A stretch of 51,651 nucleotides of DNA from Propionibacteriaceae bacterium (GTDB lineage Bacteria; Actinomycetota; Actinomycetes; Propionibacteriales; Propionibacteriaceae). Below the pieces are notes generated by a model. That model ran no database searches and was not told the origin of the DNA. It worked only from the letters and a program-made list of their open reading frames with translations. Of the stretch, positions 27,994 to 36,224 are shown one piece after another. Every line of letters starts with the position of its first letter. Position 1 is the first letter of the stretch. The translations under genes and the position numbers were made by a program. The DNA lies in assembly GCA_020846255.1 (NCBI GenBank), contig JADLEH010000148.1, positions 1 to 51,651 on the forward strand. The letters are read 5' to 3'.

Positions 27994-30069
27994 GTGATCG
28001 CCGAACCCGCAGAGCTGCTCGCCGGCCTCGACCCCGAGCAGCAGCAGGTCGCCACCAGCTTCGGCCGTCCGGTGGTCGTCATCGCGGGCGCGGGCACCGG
28101 CAAGACGAGGGCGCTCACCCACCGGATCGCCTACGGGGTGGCTACCGGCGCCTACTCCGCCGGGGCGGTGCTGGCGGTCACGTTCACGACGCGGGCGGCC
28201 GGGGAGTTGCGGTCCCGGCTGCGTCAGCTCGGGGTGCCGGCTGTGCAGGCCCGCACCTTCCACTCCGCAGCCCTGCGCCAGGCACAGTACTTCTGGCCGC
28301 GAGCCTACGGCTCAGAGTTGCCCGAGGTCAGCAACGAGCGGGTCTCGATGGTCGCGGAAGCTGCCCGCCGGCTGCGGTTGACGCCGGACACCAGCACCCT
28401 GCGCGACCTGTTGACCGAGGTCTCCTGGGCGAAGGTGAGCAACATCGTCCCCGCCGACTACGCCGAGATCGCAACCACGGCCGAGCGCGAGGTCTCCGGC
28501 CTGGACGCCGCCCAGGTCGGCCGGGTGCTCGGTCGCTACGAGCAGGTGAAGTCCGACCGGGGCGTGATCGACTTCGACGACATCCTGTTGTGCGCGACGG
28601 CCCTGCTGGCCGAGAACGGCGGGATCGCCGAAGAGGTCCGCTCGACCTACCGCCACCTGGTGGTCGACGAGTACCAGGACGTCAACCCGGTGCAGCAGAA
28701 CCTGCTCGACCTGTGGTGGGGCGAGGGCAGGGACCATTGCGTCGTCGGTGACCCGGCCCAGACCATCCACTCCTTCGCCGGGGCCAGCCCGGTGCACCTC
28801 ACCGGTTTCGCCGACCGGTTCCCGCAGGCCCGGGTGGTGCGGTTGGTGCGGGACTACCGGTCGACGCCGCAGGTGGTGGAACTGGCCAACAAGGTGGCCC
28901 GCAGGACCAGGCTGGGCACGGTGACCCTCGAGTCGCAGTGCCCGCCCGGCCCGGAGCCGCGGATCCTGCCGTGCGCCAGCGAGTCCGACGAGGCGGCGGC
29001 GGTGGCGAAGTGGCTGGTCGAGCAGCACGAGGCCGGGGTGCCTTGGCGCGAGCAGGGCGTGCTGTACCGGGTGCACGCCCAGTCGCCGCTGTTCGAGGCT
29101 GCGCTGGCTGAGGCCGGGGTGCCGTTCACCGTCCGCGGCGGGGAGGGCTTCTACGACCGGCCCGAGGTGCGCCAGGTGATCGGGACGCTCACCGAGCAGG
29201 CCCGCAAGGACGGTTCGGTGCCGGCGGTGGACGCCTGCCGCGGGGTGTTGTCCCGGCTGGGCTGGACCGAGCGTCCGCCGGCGGGACAGGGCAGGGTGCG
29301 GGAACGCTGGGAGTCCCTTGCCGCGGTGCTCGCCCTGGCCGAGGATGTGGCTTCGACGCAGCCCGGGGCGGACCTGGCAGCTCTCGCAGCGGAACTCGCT
29401 GCCCGCGCCCAGCTGGAGCATCCCTTGAGTTCCGACGGGGTCACCCTTTCGACGCTGCACGCAGCCAAGGGCCTGGAATGGACGGCCGTGGCGCTGGTCG
29501 GGGCCCAGGAAGGCACCCTGCCGCTCTCGCTGGCCGCCGGCCCGGAGCAGGTCGCAGAGGAGGCCAGGCTGTTCTACGTCGGGATCACCAGGGCCAGGCG
29601 CCTGCTGATGATCTCCTGGTCGCGGACCAGGCGTGGGGGTGGCGGCAACCGCCAGCCCTCCCGCTTCCTCGACGGGATCGCCGCCCGGCCGGCTCCGGCG
29701 CAGGTGCAGCCGGGGAAGGTCGTCAAGCCGAGGTCGGCTCTGAGTGCCACCTGTCGGGTCTGCGGGAGGAGCCTGCACACCGGCGCCGAACGGAAGCTGG
29801 GACGCCACACCGACTGCCCGCCCGGCTACGACGAGCAGACCTACGAACGGCTGGTCGCCTGGCGGCTCGAACTGGCGAGGGAACGGTCCGTGCCGGCCTT
29901 CGTGATCTTCACCGACGCGACGCTGATGGCGATAGCCGAGGACCGGCCGGCCACTGCCGCGGCCCTGCTCGGGATCCCGGGGATCGGCAAGGCGAAGTCC
30001 GAGCAGTACGGGGAGGCCGTCCTTGCCATCCTGGCCGGCGAGGGCCGGCCGGATGACCCTGCGGACTGA
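27994..30069 (+). CDS. uvrD2: ATP-dependent DNA helicase UvrD2 with HRDC domain
   Basis: AGAGTGKT, VVDEYQD, LHAAKGLEW; CRVC-x14-HTDC knuckle; HRDC VPAFVIFTDATL..IA. Confidence 0.92.
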   Translation: MIAEPAELLAGLDPEQQQVATSFGRPVVVIAGAGTGKTRALTHRIAYGVATGAYSAGAVLAVTFTTRAAGELRSRLRQLGVPAVQARTFHSAALRQAQYFWPRAYGSELPEVSNERVSMVAEAARRLRLTPDTSTLRDLLTEVSWAKVSNIVPADYAEIATTAEREVSGLDAAQVGRVLGRYEQVKSDRGVIDFDDILLCATALLAENGGIAEEVRSTYRHLVVDEYQDVNPVQQNLLDLWWGEGRDHCVVGDPAQTIHSFAGASPVHLTGFADRFPQARVVRLVRDYRSTPQVVELANKVARRTRLGTVTLESQCPPGPEPRILPCASESDEAAAVAKWLVEQHEAGVPWREQGVLYRVHAQSPLFEAALAEAGVPFTVRGGEGFYDRPEVRQVIGTLTEQARKDGSVPAVDACRGVLSRLGWTERPPAGQGRVRERWESLAAVLALAEDVASTQPGADLAALAAELAARAQLEHPLSSDGVTLSTLHAAKGLEWTAVALVGAQEGTLPLSLAAGPEQVAEEARLFYVGITRARRLLMISWSRTRRGGGGNRQPSRFLDGIAARPAPAQVQPGKVVKPRSALSATCRVCGRSLHTGAERKLGRHTDCPPGYDEQTYERLVAWRLELARERSVPAFVIFTDATLMAIAEDRPATAAALLGIPGIGKAKSEQYGEAVLAILAGEGRPDDPAD

Positions 30070-30076
30070 GGAAGCC

Positions 30077-31522
30077 CTAGTCGGCCACGACCTGGGCGCT
30101 GGGCAGGAACGCTGCCGAGTCGACCGACCCTCGCGGCATCCGCAGGCTCGCCACGCACATCAGCGCCGCCAGCACCGCCACGGCTACGAAGACCCAGGTC
30201 GAGGCGGCGACGATGGTCGCGTAGTCCTGTTCGCCGCGACCGGCGGCGATCACGTTGTTGGCGATCGCGCCGAAGACAGCCACCCCGACGGCACTGCCGG
30301 CAGACCGGGCGAAGACGTTCACGCCGGTGACCACCCCGCGCTCGTCCCAGTCCACCGAGGCCTGGGCGGCGATCAGCGTCGGCGCGGCCGTCCAGCCAAG
30401 GCCGAAACCGATCACGAAGGCCACCCCGGCCACCGTGACCGGGTTGGGCCACGGGCCGGTGGCGGCGAGGGCGATGCTGCCCAGCAGCGCGATGCCGCTG
30501 CCGATCAGGATCGTGAACCGGAACCCGCGGCGCATGTAGATGCGTCCGGCCGTCGCCGCAGCCAGCGGCCAGCCGAGGGTCAGGGCGGCCACGGCAGCCC
30601 CGGAGACCAGCGGAACCGAGCCGATCGCGTTCTCCAGGTAGGTGGGGACGAAACTCGTGACGCCGATCATCAACGCACCCACCCCCAGCGAGACCAGGGT
30701 CGTGGTGAGGATGAGTGGCCGGGTGAGGAGGGCGAGGTCGAGGATCGGCTCGGCTGCGCGTCGCTCGACCAGGCCGAACCCCACCAGTGCTGCAGCCCCG
30801 ACGGCGAAGCTCAACACGCTCGGTGCCGACCACCACGCCCAGGCGTTCCCGCCCTCGAGCAGGGCGAGGATGACGGCGCTCAGGCCGACGGTCAGCAGCG
30901 CCGCCCCGGCGTAGTCGATCCGGTGCCGCCTGGGTTCGATCTCCTCGTGGTAGGAGCGGATAATGGCCCAGCCGGCGACCAGGCACAGCGGGATGTTCAC
31001 CAGGAAGATCCAGCGCCAGGATGCGAACTGGGCGAAGATGCCGCCGAGGGCCGGGCCGATCACCGAGGACATCGCCCAGACGCTGGCGATGTAGCCCTGG
31101 ACCAGGGCGCGTTCCTCGACGGTGTAGATGTCCCCGACGATGGTCATCGCCATCGGCGCGGCCGCCCCGGCGCCGAGCCCCTGGACCACCCGGAAGACGA
31201 TCAGGGACGTCATGTTCCAGGCCAGGGCACCGAGGATCGAGCCGAGCAGGAACAGCGCAACACCGGTGAGGATCACCGGCTTGCGGCCGATGGTGTCGGC
31301 GAGCTTGGAGTAGACCGGCACTGAGACGGCCTGGGCGAGCAGGTAGACCGAGAACAGCCAGGGGAACTGGTCGAACTCGCCGAGGTCCTTGACCACCGAC
31401 GGCACCGCAGTGGCCAGGATGGTCGCGTCGATGGCGATCAACCCGGTAGTCAGCATCAGCGCCAACAGCACCGCTCCGCGCTCGGACCGGAAACCCACCG
31501 TCGTTCCTCGTGTGCTGCTCAC
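30077..31522 (-). CDS. MFS drug:H+ antiporter (DHA2, 14-TM type)
   Basis: IDATILATAVP, KLADTIGRK motif A, GPALGG, WRWIFLVNIP; start position approximate. Confidence 0.88.
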   Translation of the reverse strand: MSSTRGTTVGFRSERGAVLLALMLTTGLIAIDATILATAVPSVVKDLGEFDQFPWLFSVYLLAQAVSVPVYSKLADTIGRKPVILTGVALFLLGSILGALAWNMTSLIVFRVVQGLGAGAAAPMAMTIVGDIYTVEERALVQGYIASVWAMSSVIGPALGGIFAQFASWRWIFLVNIPLCLVAGWAIIRSYHEEIEPRRHRIDYAGAALLTVGLSAVILALLEGGNAWAWWSAPSVLSFAVGAAALVGFGLVERRAAEPILDLALLTRPLILTTTLVSLGVGALMIGVTSFVPTYLENAIGSVPLVSGAAVAALTLGWPLAAATAGRIYMRRGFRFTILIGSGIALLGSIALAATGPWPNPVTVAGVAFVIGFGLGWTAAPTLIAAQASVDWDERGVVTGVNVFARSAGSAVGVAVFGAIANNVIAAGRGEQDYATIVAASTWVFVAVAVLAALMCVASLRMPRGSVDSAAFLPSAQVVAD

Positions 31523-31584
31523 CCTGCATTGAAGTCGGCCGGGCCCGGCCGTATTCCGGGAGGCGCCGCGGCTAGGGTTGTGCA

Positions 31585-32466
31585 ATGGACGCCGAACCAG
31601 CCGACTACCTGGCGATCAACCGTGCGAACTGGGACAGCCGGGCCGGCATCCACGCGAAGAACTACGGCATCGAGCGGCTGCTGGCCGAGCCGTCGAGCCT
31701 CTCCCAGGTGGTGGAGTTCGACCGGCAGCGACTCGGCGACCTGGCCGGGCTCGACGTCGTCCACCTGCAGTGCCACATCGGCACCGACACCCTCAGCCTG
31801 TACCGGCTCGGCGGCAGGGTGACCGGTGTGGACCTTTCGCCGGCCTCCCTCGCTGAGGCCCGCCGGCTGGCGGCTGCTGCCGGTGCGCCGATCGACTACG
31901 TCGAGTCGGACGTCTACGCCGCCCCGCAGGCCCTGGGCGACCGGAGGTTCGACCTCGTCTACACCGGCATCGGTGCCATCGGCTGGCTACCGGACATCCG
32001 GCGGTGGGCTGAGGTGGTTTCGGCGTTGCTGCGTCCCGGCGGGCGCCTGTTCATCCGGGAGGGCCACCCCGTGCTGTGGGCTTCGATCGTCGTCCAGGTC
32101 GGCGCCGACCCGGTCGACCGGCTCCAGCAGCCCAGCATCTCTGCGGCCGGCCACGAGACCGTCGCCCTGGAGCTGCCCTACTTCGAGCAGGCCGAACCGA
32201 TGGCCTGGACCGAGGAGCAGACCTACGCCGGTGACGACCCGGTGGCCTCGCCGGACTCCCTGGAGTGGAACCACGGCCTCGGCGAGATCATCACGGCCCT
32301 GTTCGACGCCGGCCTGCAGCTCACCTCGTTCACCGAGCATGACAGCGTCCCCTACGACGCCCTGCCGGGCCTGATGGCCCTCGACGATTCCACCGGCGAG
32401 TACCGGCTGCGGGATCGCCCGGAGCGGCTGCCGGCCAGCTACACCCTGACCGCCGTCAAGGCCTGA
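31585..32466 (+). CDS. Class I SAM-dependent methyltransferase
   Basis: VVHLQCHIGTDTL, VTGVDLS, FDLVYTG, LLRPGGRL; TAGGGT -10 lies 6 nt before the ATG (leaderless). Confidence 0.9.
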   Translation: MDAEPADYLAINRANWDSRAGIHAKNYGIERLLAEPSSLSQVVEFDRQRLGDLAGLDVVHLQCHIGTDTLSLYRLGGRVTGVDLSPASLAEARRLAAAAGAPIDYVESDVYAAPQALGDRRFDLVYTGIGAIGWLPDIRRWAEVVSALLRPGGRLFIREGHPVLWASIVVQVGADPVDRLQQPSISAAGHETVALELPYFEQAEPMAWTEEQTYAGDDPVASPDSLEWNHGLGEIITALFDAGLQLTSFTEHDSVPYDALPGLMALDDSTGEYRLRDRPERLPASYTLTAVKA

Positions 32467-32707
32467 GGACCGGGCCGCGGTTCCCGTCAACCCGACTCGC
32501 TCCAGCCCTGCCGACTTCAGCCTGGAAGCGGCCCGCGAATGCGGCCGCGCATTCTATGAGCAAATCGGGAATTCACCCTCCGACGCGCCCGGGTTTGTGC
32601 CACTGTTGTCCCCGACGAGCCAATCGTGGATCGAACCCCCCACGAGTGTCACGCGAGTGGCACTCAGCAATCCGCATTACTCACCCCCCAAGTAATGGAG
32701 TCGTCCA

Positions 32708-32884
32708 ATGGTCAACACCGACCTCCAGTCCCGTCCGGAAGCCGCTGCCCACTCCGGGACCGAGCGCCCCCGCAGGGCCCTTGTCGGCCGTGCCGGGGCA
32801 GGGCCACTGCTCACGACCTGGTTGCAGTTGGGTGCGCACACCCGCAGCCCCCGCTACGCGCTGGTCGAACCCAGTCCGTCCTGA
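32708..32884 (+). CDS. Putative 58-aa small protein MVNTDLQSRPEAAAHSG...VEPSPS
   Basis: Below the ORF-track cutoff. GGAG SD 7 nt before the ATG; overlaps the 3' end of the convergent ABC1 gene by 31 bp; no family recognised. Confidence 0.4.
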   Translation: MVNTDLQSRPEAAAHSGTERPRRALVGRAGAGPLLTTWLQLGAHTRSPRYALVEPSPS

Positions 32885-34257
32885 GCCGCCGGCCCCTGCC
32901 CGGTCGACCCGGCGGGAGCCGCGCCGGGGTCCGCGAAACCGGGAAGCCAGTCACGCAGGACCTGGGCGAAGTGGGCCCGTACGTCCAGCTGTGACAGGAC
33001 CGCTATACCGCCCATCCACACGCGATAGATCAGCGAGTACTCCGGCGGAATGTTCAGCTGGGTCGATACCGGGTCACCCATGCTGCCGTGAACCCGGGCG
33101 AATTGGCTGCGCGCCCATTCCCGGTTGAAAGCGAATTCCTCGACGCGGGCCGGTTCGACGAATGGGGAAAGGTAGTCCAGCAGCGCAGTTGCGTCCATGC
33201 CGCCCCGGACGAAGCCCTCGTCCGACAACCCGGACAGCATCAGGTCGGCGTCCCGATCGACCGCGCTGCGGATCAGCCGGCCCATGGCCGGGGGCAGGCC
33301 GTTCGGCATCCGGGAGACCAGCCCGAAGTCCACCACGCCGAGCCGGCCGTCCGGAGTGATCAGGTAGTTGCCCGGGTGCGGGTCGCCGTGCAGGATGCCG
33401 GCAAGGGACGGACCGGCGAAGAGGAAGGTCACGTAGTCGAGGGCGCTGCGATTGCGCTCTTCCTCCGGTTTGCCGATCAGGGAGGTGAGCTTCTCACCGT
33501 CGATCCAGTCGCTGACCAGCACCCGCCGGGTGGCGACGTGGACAGCCGGCACGACGAAGCGCGGATGGCCGGCCAACGCCAGCGAGACCTGCTGCTGGGA
33601 CGCGCCCTCGAGGGTGTAGTCGACCTCCTCGCTGATCCGGGCTGCGAACTCCCGGGTGAGCGCGACCACGTCGAGACCGCCGGTCAGCGGGGAGACCGCT
33701 CCGGCGAGCCGCTGGATCTGGCGCAGGTCGCTGGCGAGCGCGACATCGGCCCCGGGGTACTGGATCTTGATCGCCACCGGACGCCCGTCCGCGAGGCGCG
33801 CCCGGTGCACCTGGCCGATGGAGGCTGCCGCTGCCGGCCGCAGGTCGATCTCAGCGAACATCCGGCGCCAGTCGGTGCCGAGTTCGGAGCGGAGCACCGC
33901 CTGCGCCCGGGACGACGGCATCGGCGGCGCAGCGTCCTGGAGCTTGCGCAGCCGTTCGCGGAATGGGGCGGCCAGGTCTTCGGGCAACATGGCCTCGAAC
34001 AGGCTGAGGGCCTGGCCGAACTTCATCGCCCCGCCCTTGAGTTCGCCGAGCACCTGGAACAGTTGCTCGGCCGCCGCATCGCGCAGCGAGGCGTCCACCT
34101 CCGCCGCGGGGGTGCCCAGGAGCCGCCTCCCCATCCCGACCCCGGCCCGCGCCGCAGCCCCCAGGGGCAGGCTCAGCATCCGGGCCCCCCGCCCGAACGT
34201 GGACTCCGGCAGGACGCGGCGGTCGTCGGGCTCGAGGGCTTCTGGGTCGGTGCTCAC
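32854..34257 (-). CDS. ABC1/AarF/UbiB atypical kinase family protein
   Basis: LKGGAMKFGQ, AAASIGQVH, AIKIQYPG, HGDPHPGN, VVDFG. Confidence 0.92.
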   Translation of the reverse strand: MSTDPEALEPDDRRVLPESTFGRGARMLSLPLGAAARAGVGMGRRLLGTPAAEVDASLRDAAAEQLFQVLGELKGGAMKFGQALSLFEAMLPEDLAAPFRERLRKLQDAAPPMPSSRAQAVLRSELGTDWRRMFAEIDLRPAAAASIGQVHRARLADGRPVAIKIQYPGADVALASDLRQIQRLAGAVSPLTGGLDVVALTREFAARISEEVDYTLEGASQQQVSLALAGHPRFVVPAVHVATRRVLVSDWIDGEKLTSLIGKPEEERNRSALDYVTFLFAGPSLAGILHGDPHPGNYLITPDGRLGVVDFGLVSRMPNGLPPAMGRLIRSAVDRDADLMLSGLSDEGFVRGGMDATALLDYLSPFVEPARVEEFAFNREWARSQFARVHGSMGDPVSTQLNIPPEYSLIYRVWMGGIAVLSQLDVRAHFAQVLRDWLPGFADPGAAPAGSTGQGPAAQDGLGSTSA

Positions 34258-34279
34258 CTCGCCAGTCTGCACTCCCGGC

Positions 34280-35104
34280 TCAACCGATCGGCAGCAGGCA
34301 GCCGCATCGGGGGTGTGCCGGCCACGCCCGGGCCCGCAACCGGAAGTCGGCCAGCCCGAGTTCGAGGGTGCTGCCGGCGGCCTCCGGCGGGCCGCCCGTG
34401 AGCCAGGCGCGGACCTGGACGGCTGCGGTGCTGGCCGCCCAGGCGAGCAGGGTCGGCTCCGGCGCCACCGGTTCCCGGCACAACTGGGCGAGCAGGTGGG
34501 GCCAGGCGTCGTCGAGGTGGCAGCGGTGCAGGTCCTGGCAGCGAATGCACGGGGTTCGGCCGGGAAGCACCAGCGGCCCGACGACTGCGCGATCGGGCTC
34601 AAGCCGCACCACCAGGTGCGGCCGGCCCGCACGGAACAGCGAATCGGTGAGGGTCCGGTCGGGCTCGGCGCTCGGACCGGCGAGGACCACCAGGCGCGGT
34701 TCCGGCCGGCGGGGCGGGTCGGCCTCGGTTGCGAGCAATGTCGCCGGGGGCCGCGAGACCACCAGTCCGGTGTCGGCGAGGGCGCCGGCCAGGGAGTCGG
34801 CAAGGCCCCCGGTGCCCACCACGGCCACCGGCGGACGGGCACCCGCACCGGCCGCGACCATCAGCCCGGCAGCAGCCAGCCGGGCCACGAGCCAGTCCAC
34901 CCAGCCTGGCTCCAGCTCCGGCAGCAGTCGGGTGAGGCCTTCGCTGCCCTCGGGTCGAGCCAGCAGTTCAACGGCCAGCGGCAGCCGGCTGGGGACCCCG
35001 GTCAGGACGAGGGCCGGGGAGTCAAGGCCGATCTGCAGTACGCCCGGGGCACGCCAGACGGTGATCGCCGGCCTGGCCAGCCGGAGCTTCGGGGATGCAG
35101 CCAC
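34280..35104 (-). CDS. ThiF-like / cyclodehydratase-docking family protein
   Basis: VVGTGGLA, VGPLVLPGRTPCIRC.D, C-terminal HPRCGC; usual neighbour of the ABC1 kinase. Confidence 0.75.
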   Translation of the reverse strand: MAASPKLRLARPAITVWRAPGVLQIGLDSPALVLTGVPSRLPLAVELLARPEGSEGLTRLLPELEPGWVDWLVARLAAAGLMVAAGAGARPPVAVVGTGGLADSLAGALADTGLVVSRPPATLLATEADPPRRPEPRLVVLAGPSAEPDRTLTDSLFRAGRPHLVVRLEPDRAVVGPLVLPGRTPCIRCQDLHRCHLDDAWPHLLAQLCREPVAPEPTLLAWAASTAAVQVRAWLTGGPPEAAGSTLELGLADFRLRARAWPAHPRCGCLLPIG

Positions 35105-35211
35105 ACCGGAAGGTTCGCCGGGTCAGGTCGCTGCGGACAAGTCCCGGCAGCACCTGGACAACACCGTCGGCAAGTTGCCAACACCGGCCCCCGGGCGTCC
35201 GGGAACAGCAA

Positions 35212-35235
35212 AGCGCCGGCCGATCGGCCGGCGCT
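35212..35235 (-). terminator. Intrinsic terminator-like palindrome after the DUF5679 gene
   Basis: Perfect 24-bp palindrome AGCGCCGGCCGATCGGCCGGCGCT followed by TTGCTGTT on the minus strand, 12 nt after the stop. Confidence 0.7.
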
Positions 35236-35247
35236 CTGCAGACTGCT

Positions 35248-35409
35248 TCAGGCCTTGGGCAGGAACCGGGTGAGGTTGGTGCCGCACACGGGGCACTTTG
35301 CCTTCGCGATCCGGGTCCCCTTCTCGTTGACCACGACATCGCCGGTTGCGTCTCGGTGGTCCTTGCACTTGACGCAGTAGAACGAACCGCTATAGGTGTC
35401 CTTGGCCAC
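35248..35409 (-). CDS. DUF5679-like small zinc-ribbon protein (53 aa)
   Basis: Not in the ORF track. MAKDTYSGSFYCVKCKDHRDATGDVVVNEKGTRIAKAKCPVCGTNLTRFLPKA; SD GGAGG; terminator downstream. Confidence 0.85.
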   Translation of the reverse strand: MAKDTYSGSFYCVKCKDHRDATGDVVVNEKGTRIAKAKCPVCGTNLTRFLPKA

Positions 35410-35629
35410 GGTCTTCCTCCTGTAGATCAGCTTTGCCCCCGGCTGGGGCTAGGCGGGTGAGTTGCCGGTCAGTCTATGCCCAGGAGGCTGCCATCCGGCA
35501 GCAGCCTCGGCCCGGCGTGCGAGGACCCCCAGAGCCGGAGTTCCGCTTGCCTTCCCCTGCGAGCGGACCGGCCACTGGGGGCCTCGCGTCTAGAAGTTAG
35601 TGCCCGACCCGTCCCGGGTCAACTGACGG

Positions 35630-35651
35630 TGTCCGCGGCGTGTCGTAGCCT
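35630..35651 (+). promoter_or_regulatory. RecA-NDp/PafBC-like leaderless promoter for the M48 gene
   Basis: TGTCCG-N10-TAGCCT, 7 nt before the ATG at 35659. Confidence 0.55.
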
Positions 35652-35658
35652 TTCCGGC

Positions 35659-36210
35659 ATGCCAGCAGCAGCCGAGATCGAGGTCCGTCGCAGCCAGCGC
35701 CGCAAACGGACCCTCACGGTCTTCCGGGAGCGGGGCCGGTTGGTGGCGCTGGTGCCGGCCCGCCTCAGCGCTGCCCAGGAGCGAGCGCTGCTGCCACCTC
35801 TGGTCGAACGGTTCCTGCAACGCGAGTCCAGGCGGGTGCTGCCGGCAGCCGACGACGAACTGACCACGCGCGCCGGGCAACTCTTCGACGCCTACCTGGC
35901 GCCGCGGGTCGCGTCCCCGCTACCGGCGTTCACCGTCACGTGGGTCGACAACCAGCTGCGTCGATGGGGTTCGTGCTCGAGTGACAGCGGCCGGATCCGG
36001 TTGTCGTCGCGACTGCGCACGATGCCGCTTTGGGTCTCCGACTACGTCCTGCTGCACGAACTCGCGCACCTGTTCGTGCCGAGCCATTCCGCGGAGTTCC
36101 ACCACCTGCTGGCCGGGTATCCGGACCTGGCCAGGGCGCAGGCGTTCCTGCAGGGCTACCAGCACGCCACGGACACCGCCGGGCCGGACTGGGGCGACGA
36201 CCTGGAGTGA
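35659..36210 (+). CDS. M48/YgjP (DUF45)-like zinc metallopeptidase-fold protein
   Basis: EVRRSQRRKRT, RWGSCS, IRLS, DYVLLHELAHL...HS..F. Confidence 0.85.
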   Translation: MPAAAEIEVRRSQRRKRTLTVFRERGRLVALVPARLSAAQERALLPPLVERFLQRESRRVLPAADDELTTRAGQLFDAYLAPRVASPLPAFTVTWVDNQLRRWGSCSSDSGRIRLSSRLRTMPLWVSDYVLLHELAHLFVPSHSAEFHHLLAGYPDLARAQAFLQGYQHATDTAGPDWGDDLE

Positions 36211-36224
36211 CGACGACCGGGGGA

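Noticed and set aside
34280-35104. ThiF/TOMM-like gene as a sign of a RiPP cluster
   Set aside because: No YcaO, dehydrogenase or precursor peptide is present; it is the conserved neighbour of the ABC1 kinase.
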